From Raillietiella orientalis (lineage: Eukaryota), in contig JAYWIR010000013.1 in assembly GCA_036172245.1 (NCBI GenBank), positions 3,100,001 through 3,164,000 of the forward strand: DNA of 64,000 nt, written 5' to 3'. Shown one piece after another: positions 38,201-49,880 of the stretch. The notes below the pieces were generated by a model. That model saw only the letters and a program-made list of their open reading frames with translations, had not been told where the DNA came from and did no database searches. The position numbers and the translations under genes were made by a program. Each line of letters starts with the position of its first letter. Positions within the stretch are counted from its first letter, which is position 1.

Positions 38201-41200
38201 ATTCGTGCCTCACGGACGAATGAAGAAAAAACAACAACACGCAAAAAGGGGCCAAACATCGCTCAATGCACAGAAAGTACCTTTCGTTGTGTCCACCTGC
38301 GAACACGGTGTCCAACATGGTCTCACGTTCGCTTTTGTTCGCTTCACTGAAGATCAAAGCTCCATTCTGAGAACCTACGACTCGCCACAAGTCGACCGGT
38401 ATCTCGTTTTCTTACCCGAAATACCTTGATGTTGTTTTGCGGAGTATACAGAAGACCCAGAACAGCTTTTACCATGCATGCCGAACACCTATGCGAGAGG
38501 GGAATGAAAGTAGTAAAGGTACTAAGGTTCCAGAATCACATGTTCGGGGGAAAAAAGAAGAAGAAGAAAAAAAGGAAAATTACCCAGAAAATAGACGCAG
38601 GGGGCAGTACAAACTTTGCTCTTCTATTTTTCCAGCATCTAGCTGAAAGTACATAAAGAACACCGTAAGCTTAACAGGTGATGGGGAACTGCAAGATGAG
38701 TACTTTTGCTCGGAAGACAAACCGTACATAAACAGCAAGATGACGACACAGATCAGCGCACGAGTTGCTCCGAAAGCGGTACAAACCGATTCCCCCCCCC
38801 CCCCCCCCCTCTTCCCATTGCGGTACAACGAAACTGACGGGAGTAAACCGTACGATCGTAGATCGATGCAGACGACAGACAGAAAGTGAAAGTGCAACAT
38901 CCTTGATCAATTTCGGACCCGGCGCTACCAGAGCAGCGCGAATCTATGAAATCAATTTCATGGGACTTTTTTGCCAACCAGACAACTTAATAAACAACAG
39001 AGATTGCACTGGAAAAGGAGAATCATACACGACCCAGGAGGGATGGGAAGATGAAGGCTTCCCATTTACTGAGCACGGGACCTCGGAAGGGATGAGGGAA
39101 CTTCGTCGAGATTTTCCGTATGGGCAAAGCGTGCACACCCTCTGGAGACCGACGTCGCTAAAGATCAACACGGAGGGCAACAACCGAAACAACCAAGTGG
39201 CCACCACCTATGAGATCTTTCTGCAGCTCACGAAAGGATTAATTAAGAAAGTATGCAACAAGTACAAACAGCAACTTTTTGTATTTGTAGGACTCCCATG
39301 TCAAACTTTCTTCCTTGTTTGCTGCTCTTCCCAACCAATCAAGAGCTGATGACGAAGTCTGGACCAAAAATATGTTTGTGCTTTCTACATTCAAGGAAAA
39401 CAACGTGCCCAAACTCTGCGAACCTGCTGCCCATTCGCATTCACACGAAATTGCACAAGATGCAGAAAAAAAAAAAAAAAACGAGAACCTCCCAAATCTT
39501 TCTTGAAAAAGTTGGCAATCCAATGGCAGCGATGAGACATCGGCTTAAAAAGCAAAAAACATCCAGAAATCAATCAATGCGATTCACCAAAGAAAACACA
39601 CCAACGGTATGCACAAAAAATTCCGCCAAAAACAAAAAAAAACAAAAGTGTGTGAAAATGCCTGCGAATGTGCACAGAAATCACATTCCCACGACCGTTT
39701 CGAACGTGGGGTGCACGGAGTGGCCCAAGTCGAAATACGCAGGAAGGTGCTCATCCCTTGCTGTAGGAACTCCATGCAACATCACTTCCGAGTTTGGCGC
39801 CAACACCGTGCTGAGACCAGAAACGAACGGCACCGTGACACGGCAACGAGAGCAGTCAGCATCCGGCAGCAACGGATGCCACGCCGGTCGCGTCCTGTGC
39901 TCCTCTCCTCCAGCCTTCTTGCCTTATTCCATGAAACCGACAATCCGCTCCCATCCAAATTCCCTTCGGGGTTCCTCCTCAACACACTTCGCGTAACGCA
40001 GATGTTACCACGCGCTGCACTCCTGCGGCAATGACCAACAAACCCCTTGAAAACACGGAAAAAATCCACGTGCCCTGAAGGGTTTCGCCCCCACCCAACA
40101 GATATGACGGGAAACCAGAGACATGGAGGAGGAGGAGGATGAAGCAGCGTCCTGCGGGCTGTTTTCATGCTGTCTTGCAAACGTTGGGCGCGCTCACCAA
40201 TGTCCAACAACCCCACATTCGGGGTCGGGGGGAACGTTTCCCAAAGGTCCTAAAATCAATGCTGCGGATGCTGTGGTGTTCGCATGCGAGCGTTTTTCAT
40301 TATGGCGCGAAGTTTCCCACGTGGATGGATGTGCACCGTAGCAACCACCGGCAAAGTTGCTCTTGCTGGCCCTGCTCAACACGTACTCCGTTCCAAGTTT
40401 CCATGGAAGCAACTTTCCAACGAGCTCGAATACGTGCCAGTTCGATAACATACTTTACGGAAAAAAGTTCACACACACACACACACACGAAATGGCTGTT
40501 CACTTGCCATTGCTCTCGACCTGCCACTCGAAACTATGGGGACATCATGTAAAAATTCGGCCTAGAGGAATTACCAGAACTTGGAACCGTTGTCAGGAGA
40601 AACCCTTCGGCACGATGTTCACATGCTTACACACAGTGTTCTTTTTTTTTGCGTGTGTTCTGTTGTTGTTGTTGTTGTTTCTAGGAACAAAACAAACAGA
40701 ACCCACTGGGTTGGTCTGCCCAAGGTGAAGCAAGCAGTACTGCGCAAAACGCTCGAACGAACCGTCGCGCAGGCAACGACAGTTCAAAAAAAAAAAGAAA
40801 GAAAAGAAAAAAAAAAAAAAAAAAAAACCCTAAATTAAAGCAGCTGATTACAAAACATGGCCGAAATTCAACACCGGAAACTCGACAAACCGACAACACA
40901 GCAACGCTCCGCAGCACAAAGGCTGCTGCGGTGGGGTCCCAACATCTGGCAAGAAACGCGAGATGCTACCCTGAATCAAAATATCGATTCATCACACAAA
41001 GGAACAAAGACCTTTATGAGAGACCTGGTGACGCAGCCGCCGCAACACTCCGGCTTTTCAAGGTTACGGAAATACGCTGTGGCTACGAGGTACGCGCTGC
41101 GGCGGCTGCAAACTCTTCTCGCTCGAGTGGAACTTTCTGTTTACATTCGGGAGCTCCGGCGGATCGCACGCTCGCAGCGGTCGAAAGGATTGGCACTATC

Positions 41201-41214
41201 GATTCCCCCCCGCC

Positions 41215-41246
<32 letters not shown>

Positions 41247-43553
41247 ACGGGAACCGATCAAATGCATGCAGTCGAACGGGCAGGCATTTCGTGGGCCGAA
41301 CCTCCTGGCAACCTCCTCCTCGCCTCGCTCCTCCCTCCCCCATCTACCGGGATCGCATCCCCTAAGGAGAGCGAGCACGCACAACGACATCCTGCAAACG
41401 GCAAAATTCGATTTACCTTGAGGAACTGAAGAATGCAGTGGACACAAACGCTTCCACGTTCCCGTAGTTCAAGAGGAATGGCTTGTTTCGGTTTCAGCTC
41501 GACACAGAACAGGGATGAAGTGGACGGAACTGGGGGGAAGGACTTCGGCAGAGCGGTAGTGTAGTCCTCCATCATGACTGCATACTTGATGCCTGACATG
41601 CTCTGATCGCGTTTCCGGTCGTGATGGACTAACACATAGAAACACACAAATCGGTGACATCCAATTTCTATAAAACATTGATTCCAGTTATATCAGCGAC
41701 AAAACATCATCCCAAGCTCAACTCATTGGTTGTTGTTTTTTTGTAACTGTGGCGTGTTTACGACCACCATCCAATACGCGGGTTGACACACACAAAAAAG
41801 ATCTTCTGGTTTTCAGGAATGGAAACACAGATACAAGATCAAGACATATTCCTTCGGCCGACAATTCCCTCCACTCGAATCCTCGCAACCAGAAAGGTGA
41901 CACCTGGCATTTGAGAGAGACACCAGGTGTACCATGGAAACTTTTATGATCTGTGCACAGGACAGGTCACCACCACCACCGTCACTGCATGCTTCCAACA
42001 GAAGCTGCACCAAATGCTTCAGAGCTTGTGGGGCAGAGGAAGACACCTCAACAGCTTCGTGCACTTACGAGGTGGCTAACTGGCGAGTGAAAACACAGCT
42101 GCAGCACCACACACATTTCCGTCTTCTTTCTTCCTCGCTACTTGGAATCGAACACAGACCGCTCACACTTGAGACGGCCGTCATGGATTTCGTGCTTGGC
42201 AAAATACAACCCTTTGGTTCCCATCCTCCTTACACAAAGCACTACCAAAACTGAGGACACAATGCCATTGGGAAGTTGGTCTTACGCACAGAGCTGCCAT
42301 GCAAGTTCCATTAATCACGTTAAGATACCTTGAGGGGAACCCTATCATTATATTTCGGTGTTTCCCTAAAATCTCAATATCTATATAATATCTGGTTGGA
42401 TCACTCACTTCATACTCCCAAGAAGTACCTTCAAGACAATGCACTGAAGAAGCACATATGAAAATGCCATCGTTTATGCGGCGGATGCACAAGAAAACAG
42501 ATACGATGGACTGTCCACAAAAGGAATTACTTTTTTCATGTTCCTTTTCCTGAATTTCACAACGAAGAGGTGAGAGCAACTCCTAAGGACACACAAAGGA
42601 CGAAACCATGGTTTACGTATGGACTGACATTGCTTATGTTGTTTCCTCACACTACATATGCTCACCAGAAAGCACAATGAAATCCCTGAGCATGGGGAAC
42701 TGTGAGGAGCACTCAAGAAAGCACACCTGAAAAACACCTAAGCATTTCCATCAATGTTTTTCAACGAAAATCCGCAAGTCTTCATCTGAAACTACAAAAC
42801 ACATTTTGCAGAAAACCAACACCAAAAGTCAGCAGGCATACTGAACATTGCCTTCCCCCCCCCCCTCAAAGGATGTACTCCGAACAAGCACACGAGCCGA
42901 AGTTCCATGCACTCAACAGTACTCTGCACCATTTGCAGGCAACTCATTAGCATGCTGCATAAGAAGGGGGGGGGGAGGCTCATCCTCCCCCTTTTCGCAC
43001 AAATTTCCCACGTGTTCCGAATCGGTACACTTTGCAAAATTGAAACATCTGCCTCTCTCATCCCTTTGACGTTTCGAGTTCTTTTTTTCAAATAAAAAAA
43101 AAAAACACTTATGGAGGAACCTGCTTTTTTCCTGGCGACCTGCAAGTCACCAGCAATGGTAAACAACTCCCCGACCTCGACTGCTTGCAGGTCACTTCCA
43201 AAATAAGGTGCCACTACTGCTACGACGTAATGGAGATGATTTTCCATGAGATCCTTTTGGTCAGCCGCACTTTGGGTGTCCTTCGCAATCCTTAGTACAC
43301 GCTGCACCTACAAATTACTTTGGTTTGATGGGCGTTTCAATACAAGCGCGTACATTTCATCGTTCCAGTTCGTACAGATGCATTCGCGGTTTCCATAAAG
43401 CTCGCTCGGAAAGAAAACACCGACACTGCTTTCATAAACGCGACAGTCGTGGCTGATAATACATGAAGAAGATCTCACCTTCGGCAAACGCAACACGAGA
43501 GATGAGTTCCCTTCCCCGACGTATTCCACTTCCAGAGATTCGGTTCCGAGCAT
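32268..43553 (-). CDS. IPPK: Inositol-pentakisphosphate 2-kinase (IP5 2-kinase, Ipk1), 7 exons, 393 aa
   Basis: Exons 43553-43479, 43307-43121, 41628-41417, 38642-38584, 38488-38416, 38366-38281, 32757-32268 join with GT-AG sites and matching phases (1182 nt). Family motifs appear in the expected order: EYVGEGNSSLV, VLRIAK, FCVELKPKQ, VCVHCILQFLK, YCPLRLFSG, PQNNIKVFRNG, LLGRLLRAQ, TLRDCSVMI, IIDLDRK. The start codon and the weak exon-2 donor (g|gttcct) are less certain. Confidence 0.9.
33421..33455. repeat. 35-bp near-perfect palindrome (17-bp arms, 1-nt spacer) in IPPK intron 6
   Basis: cacccttaggaatcgga A tccgattcctaagggtg. Confidence 0.95.
36258..36275. promoter_or_regulatory. 18-bp perfect palindrome centred on a full CRE (TGACGTCA) in IPPK intron 6
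   Basis: agcggTGACGTCAccgct. The palindrome is seen directly; a regulatory role is inferred. Confidence 0.4.
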
Positions 43554-44090
43554 GCTGCAACCGTCGACCCGGCTCCTCCTCTCCCGAGTCAGCGTCCACG
43601 CACCTCCGGGAGGTCGCCGTCGAGACCCGCCGCCGCCGCCCCACAACTGAAACACTTGCGAAAGATGCATTCCCCCCGCCTCGGATTCCCTGAAAAATTC
43701 ACACCGACGGGCTTTCCCGTGTTCTTCCTTTTCCCGAGCAGTGTCCGACAGAACAAGATGGGCAGATTCGACGGGGTGGGTGGGTGCGGGCGGGCGGGCA
43801 GGTGGGTGGGTGTGGGTGTGTGTGTGGGGGGGAGGGGGGAAATCCGCCGGCACTTTTAACACGAATGTCAACACAAAGACACCAACACTCGCGAGGGTTC
43901 GCAGCGGCAGAAGAGCTGCGCTCCAAAGGAAACGCTCATTCCGCAGATGGGTCAATTCGGCAACCGTCACCACAGGTTAAGAAAATTAACACAACTTTTT
44001 TTTTCTTCTCTCTCTCTCTCTCTCTTCCCACATGTGCTTTCAGGCGAAAACCTGAAACAACACGTCTCCCCCCCCCCCCGCATCACTCGA

Positions 44091-44130
44091 GATGCGCCTC
44101 TTAACGACGGGACACGCCTCTTAACGACAG
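44091..44130. repeat. Two-copy 20-bp tandem repeat between the IPPK 5' end and the BTG 3' end
   Basis: gatgcgcctcttaacgacgg / gacacgcctcttaacgacag. Confidence 0.85.
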
Positions 44131-44945
44131 GGCAAACCAACAGGATGATGCACACAGATCTAATTCATCCCACACCCAGTGAAAACACAAAAATACATTA
44201 TCAAACCTATATTCTATTAAAATCACATAGAACATAAATCTATAAAGATATAAATGCAATCTCAACATTTCATGCACAAAAAATTATCGACAAATTAAAA
44301 TATAAACTTTTTACAGCTTCATTGCTCATGCTGACTGGAAGCCTCGTCATTAAATTGTGTACATGTACATGACAAAAATATCCAGTTTCGCACAAAAATC
44401 ACAGCTGCATGACTTTGTACCATAATTTACACAATTTGCGTCCGTCAATTTTTTCGAATGGCCTTTTCCGCCTCTTAGGGCATATTATTATTATTTCACA
44501 TTTCTTTTTCTTTCTTTCTTTCTTTCTTTTTTTTTTTTTTTTATCACAAGACCTCGTCAACATCACACAATTTCCTGCTGTAATTCCTCTGAGTACAAAA
44601 TAAAATAGCCCACACTACTAACATCTTAATATTTTGTTGAGATCCATTTACTTTGGCAAGTGCATTTTTTAAACGATCTGCCATATTCATACAATTGGCC
44701 ACTTCAGAACCATAAAACACATTGGAGGAATAAAAGTCCGGAAACTCAAGAAATGACGAAAGCAAGTCTTGTCCAAGTAAAGAGACTGAAATCAAACCAC
44801 CACTGTAGATATTAGTTTTTCCCTCCATATTTTTGTTTTGTTTTTTTTTTTTTCGTTTTTTTCGTTTTTTCCCTTTTTGCAAACATGAGATCGAACTCAT
44901 TTCGTGATGCTTTCTTCTTTCTCTCTTCTTCTTCTTCTTCTTCTT

Positions 44946-45485
44946 CTAGGTCGACACGAACGGGGCGATGCTCTGGTCCACGGCGGGCTTCCTATTGGAA
45001 TAGACGGCTTGCATCGCCTCCTTGCATCCCAGCTGATCCTTCCACTGCTGCTTTCTCCAGGCGACTGACTTTGGTGACTTCGAGGTCGGGGGGAACACGT
45101 GCTCGTTCGAGACGCCGCCTTTCCGGTCCTCGAACAGGGCACAGATCGAACCGTTTTCTCCTATCCTGTAGGACACTTCGCGAGGATCAATCCACAGAGT
45201 CAACTCGCTGGGGAAAAGTCCGTGGAGCACACTCGCGTCTAAACCACAGCTAAAACAGGCTTGACTAACTAAGGGGTCCAACTTTCCGTTGTTCCGGACG
45301 CACCGGTATCCTGACCCTTTACTTGGCTTTTCCGGGAACCAGTGGTCGCGGTACTGGGACATTAACACCTCCACCAATGCTTCCTTGAATACTATGAGCT
45401 GCTTATCACTTAAAACGGACGAATTACAGTTTAATCTAAGAAGACGAACAATAAAGGCAACCGCAAGATTTACTTCTTGTTTCAT
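44946..45485 (-). CDS. BTG1: BTG/Tob family antiproliferative protein, BTG1/BTG2 type, intronless CDS, 179 aa
   Basis: ATG at 45485 (MKQEVNLAVAFIVRLL). Box A YRDHWFPEKPSKGSGYRCVR, Box B FPSELTLWIDPREVSYRIGE, Box C-like NGSICALFE. The short tail ends in FVST and there is no long Tob-type C-terminus. It is best treated as a co-orthologue of BTG1/BTG2. Confidence 0.93.
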   Translation of the reverse strand: MKQEVNLAVAFIVRLLRLNCNSSVLSDKQLIVFKEALVEVLMSQYRDHWFPEKPSKGSGYRCVRNNGKLDPLVSQACFSCGLDASVLHGLFPSELTLWIDPREVSYRIGENGSICALFEDRKGGVSNEHVFPPTSKSPKSVAWRKQQWKDQLGCKEAMQAVYSNRKPAVDQSIAPFVST

Positions 45486-45603
45486 TGCGTTCCGGGTTTG
45501 CACACAACAGTCTACCTGAGAAGAACTTGGGGACGATTGCTACGACACCACCATCGGCAAGATACAACCTCTCTGTCGCTACCGCTTTGTACTTATGGGA
45601 AGC

Positions 45604-45668
45604 TATATAACGCCGGAGAACAAAAGAAACACACAGCCGAGTGACGTCAAACAGAGTTGTTTTCCAAT
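45604..45668 (-). promoter_or_regulatory. Candidate BTG proximal promoter: TATA-like box, CRE, CCAAT
   Basis: TATA-like tatataa 45604-45610 (TATATAG on the minus strand), TGACGTCA 45642-45649, CCAAT 45664-45668, all about 120-185 nt upstream of the ATG. Confidence 0.55.
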
Positions 45669-45943
45669 AGCGTGCGAGCTATCCGGGATCAGGCAAAGAA
45701 GTGAATGATCCGCATAACAACAGCTTCTGCGCATTTCGGACATGTTTGCGAATTAACGTTTCGCTCTCGCAGGAAAAGACGCAATAACTGCCGAATGCAT
45801 TTTATTTCGCGTGCATCACGCGCTAAGATTATTCGGGAAATGAAAATAACTTGAAACTACGTTGTTGATAACGAATATGCAAAAGGCACTCATGACACCG
45901 TCGCGTAGTTTTTGCAAAGCCAAAGCTTCCAGATGTTTCGGGG

Positions 45944-45972
45944 TCTTTTTTCTTTTCTTTTCTTTTCTTTTC

Positions 45973-46009
<37 letters not shown>

Positions 46010-46010
46010 T
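45944..46010. repeat. (CTTTT)n plus poly-T polypyrimidine tract
   Basis: Read directly; it sits at the GC-rich/AT-rich transition. Confidence 0.93.
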
Positions 46011-49000
46011 AACCCTGTTCCGCACATTTGGGTGATGCTCATAATTTGAATTAGAATTTAACTGCGTTACCTGAGCTATTCAGAGCTGTCTGCACAAACA
46101 AACTCGTCTGAATACTGTCGATTACTCGTTCTAGTTCTAGGAGCACTTCCATCAACCATCAGCTATTATTTCTCAGAGTATTAAATCCACTTCACAAGCT
46201 CGAAAATATCGTAACCAAAGTGTGCACGAAACAGTCCCAGGTTCTTCAGCTACAAGTGTTTTGGCCCATTTTAATAGAATGCAATCTCTTGTGAGGCCAC
46301 AATGTTATCACAGAAGACTCTCTCTACACTGTTGTTACTTATAAACTCAACGGCCAAGCAAATCACTTCCTCATCAGCAATCAAGCAGACCTGGATAAAT
46401 CACACATGCTTAAAAGCTTTTCAACCAAAATTTGCATAATTCTTACTACAGCACGCGGAAGGGTTGACGGAAATTTTGCAGTGTTGTATAATCCGTATAT
46501 TTAGTATGCCTCCGCTATGGCAATAAAAGCATGAAATGCTTCGGGAATTCTCATACTCCTCGTCTTTTAGGTTTCCTCCACGATAACCACATCACAAAAA
46601 AAGTCCCCAATTGAAAGCATTCATGAGAAATTAATTCGATTCTCTATATTATTCCCCTTTGTACATACACACATACGCTTTGGAAATCGCATTTCTTCCT
46701 TTTTTTTCTAATCCTTGCTGATGAAGATATGAAGCCAACAAACCACTGGGACCTTCTATTCATTTTCGTATCCGAATATCTGCCAACAATTTTGAAACAC
46801 TACTGTATCCAAAACTGTTTCTGGCATTGTATTTCTTAATGACTGACTTCCTTTGTTCTTCTTGATAATTTGCTTTTTTTGATAACATTCGTTATTGCTT
46901 CATTCTCTTCTTGCTCATGAAGATAAACAATCAGAAAAGAAGTAACAACATATGGCAGGCACAACACAGGAAAGCATTAGGTCATTTGCTTCCATTGAAG
47001 TTTCTAGGAATTCTGCCTATACTTTTGGGAAATCCGACAATTAATATAGGGCAACCAAAAACCTACACACATTTGGAATACACGTGGATTTTGAGGGAAG
47101 GATCACACTTTTAATTTTGTAAAGTTGAAACATGTTCAAAATCTCATTCCCTAAATGCAAAGCAATTTTAACAAAAATTGGTATGCGTAACAGATTCCTA
47201 AATTGAATCAGCCCTCAAGCATGAGCAGATGTCGATACTTATATAAAAACCACTTATGGATTTATATAAACACTTTATTGTGAAAAAATATGCAATGGAA
47301 TTAATAAATGAAGGAAACTAAATTTATCTTTCTTTTATTCATTTCAAAAAAGTTATTTATTCATGTAGTCAAAAGCAATAAAGGAACAAAATATCTTAGA
47401 AAAATTTACACCCTACAACATCAATCATGATCAAATGAAAGGCAAACTAATAAACCTACAAATATGAGAACAACAGCTGAATCCATATAACAATAATAAA
47501 AGAAAAAAAAAAAAAAAAAAAAAAACGGTGACCAGTTTCATTGTGAATCGAATCTGATTAGGATACCGTTCATAAAGCTAATGCTATCTGTATGCCAAAT
47601 TATGTTCACCATGTCATATGATGCACTCTTACTGCTTGCAAGCCTGCAATTTTTTACCATTAAACAAAAGCTGCAAATTTCTGAAATCATCTGTCTTTCA
47701 ATAGCAAATTGTTTTTCTTGTTTATTCTCATCTCAAATATTTAGACAAACTAATTTTCATTCACAAATTATTCATTAAATCTATTCATTAAATTAATTGA
47801 TCAGTAACTATTGATTCCATATTCACTTCCTCAAGTTTCAGTGCTCTCCTAAAGAATCAAAACATTTGTATTTCAATTTCCTTCTAATCTTTTGGAAGCT
47901 CCCATCCTAGATAAATACCTTTCATTATATCACTTTTATTAGTCCCTTTCCTGATTCTTGCAAAAAGACCTGCCTGATTGATTACTTCTCATGAGCATCT
48001 TAATTTGGAGGAAAAAAAATGCTATGGAATGCAATGATTTCATCAGCATATTCACAACTTAATGCTTCTATGAGCTGTGATAATTCTGATTGGTAAGTTT
48101 TGATATACTGAACACCATTTAAATAAGGGGCATTTCAAATATACTTTTAAATTTTACTTTTAAAAAAAATTTACTGTTAACAAAAACAAACAAATTATTA
48201 AGTGTTTCGCATTTCAAATTTACTCTGATGAATCTAAATAAGTGCTTATTTAATTTGATCATTACAACTTGTTTACTATCTTGCCTCACAGTGTCTGACC
48301 ATTACAATATTTCAAGTTGTAGAGATGACTAGAACAAGAGAACCCTATTGCATGCAGGCAAGTCACATAAAAAACTAAATGTTAAGTGCTCCTACATCAG
48401 ATAATCGAACAAATCAGTTTTTCTTTGAAATCCATACGTAACAAATTAATTGATTCTTGGAGTGCGAATGATAAATCTATCAAAAAATTAAATGCCAACA
48501 TGCTATAAAAATTCCCATATGTATAAGATAAAATACCAGCAAAACATCACCACACTTCATGAATTTTGTCAGAAACCACTCAACAAACATAATGAAGACA
48601 GAAAAAACAGAAAAATTCAAAGATCAGATGGTTAAAATCCTTTAATTATTATCCTGGATGGAAATATTAGCAATAACCCTAATTAGTACAGCAATGTTTG
48701 CATGCACGGCGGGAACAATGAAAACAAAGTTTTCAAATGATTTCAACGTACGAAGTAATCTTGTTTGGGAAACTAATTTAGGCTGGTATACAGAAAATTA
48801 TGATAACAGGTTTCCAAACTTAAACATACACTTCAAGTTCATCAGCACGTACACAGGGTGCATTATCTCTATAAGTAATACACCTTCTCTGCATGGGTTC
48901 TCCGTTGTTTAAGCACTTTTCCATGGAAACCACTACTCCTAGAATACGGATTGCCGTAAACGTTTCCTATGTATAATAAATATGGATGAAAAAGGCTTAG

Positions 49001-49830
49001 TTAACATACGACACTTAGAATACAAAATAACTTTTTACCGGTACATTACGTTCAAGTAGATACTACCGGGAAACTCATAGCAATTAAAATCCCTGAAACT
49101 AAATCAAATGCACAGCATAGGAAGGTTAATCGTAACAAGCCCATTTCGTACAAAATTATAAAATGCCGATAAACAAATCAACAACCTTTACATCCAATTA
49201 CCAGTCGGGTTTGTCGGCATCCCTAGACGCAACTAAAAATTCTTTACCATTATAGAAACGATGAAGTGTAATTGCTTTGTCTTTAGGGAAATCATTCCAT
49301 AAAACTACTATATATCTGTTTCTTGTTTTAAGAACCGCTCGACAAAAATTAGGGAAATATCACATGGTGAACTTTTCCCGCAAAAACGCACTGCGAGAAC
49401 GCTGTACGTTCCTCTGAGGTATCATGTGGCTTACGGATATACCAAATGTCCATGGATTTGTTTTCCGAGCATGTCATTGTAAATTATATATTATAGAATT
49501 TCTTACTTATTACTCATTATACTTATAATAAAAATCGGAACTGATTGAAATCTATTCTGTATTGTTGAAAGTTACGATATATACGTCTTGTTAACTTTGG
49601 GAGTTCGGTATTTCGGTTTCCGAGGACTCCGCTTATTGCTTTTGAAAATTTGACATTTTTTTTTGATGTTCACTGCACGGAAATATTCAAACTGTAAATA
49701 ATGAAAATAAAAGCAAAGAGTTTCCTAGTCGTGCAAATCGAGTCAGAAACAGCCATTCTAAATTCCATTCTTCAAACTTTTCCATCCAATGGTTATCATT
49801 TTATCACCATTTCAATGATCATGTAATCTC

Positions 49831-49880
49831 GGTTGCAAATTATATGAGAACAGGATATTTTCCTCATATAATTTGCAACC
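49831..49880. repeat. Inverted repeat/hairpin with an 18-bp perfect stem and 14-nt loop
   Basis: ggttgcaaattatatgag (49831-49848) pairs with ctcatataatttgcaacc (49863-49880). It extends by tct/aga after one mismatch. Confidence 0.95.

Noticed and set aside
42792..43120. Continuation of the ORF past IPPK exon 2 (SSISVFFFYLKKRTRN...)
   Set aside because: It runs through poly-T and poly-C/G tracts; IPPK homology resumes in phase at 41628.
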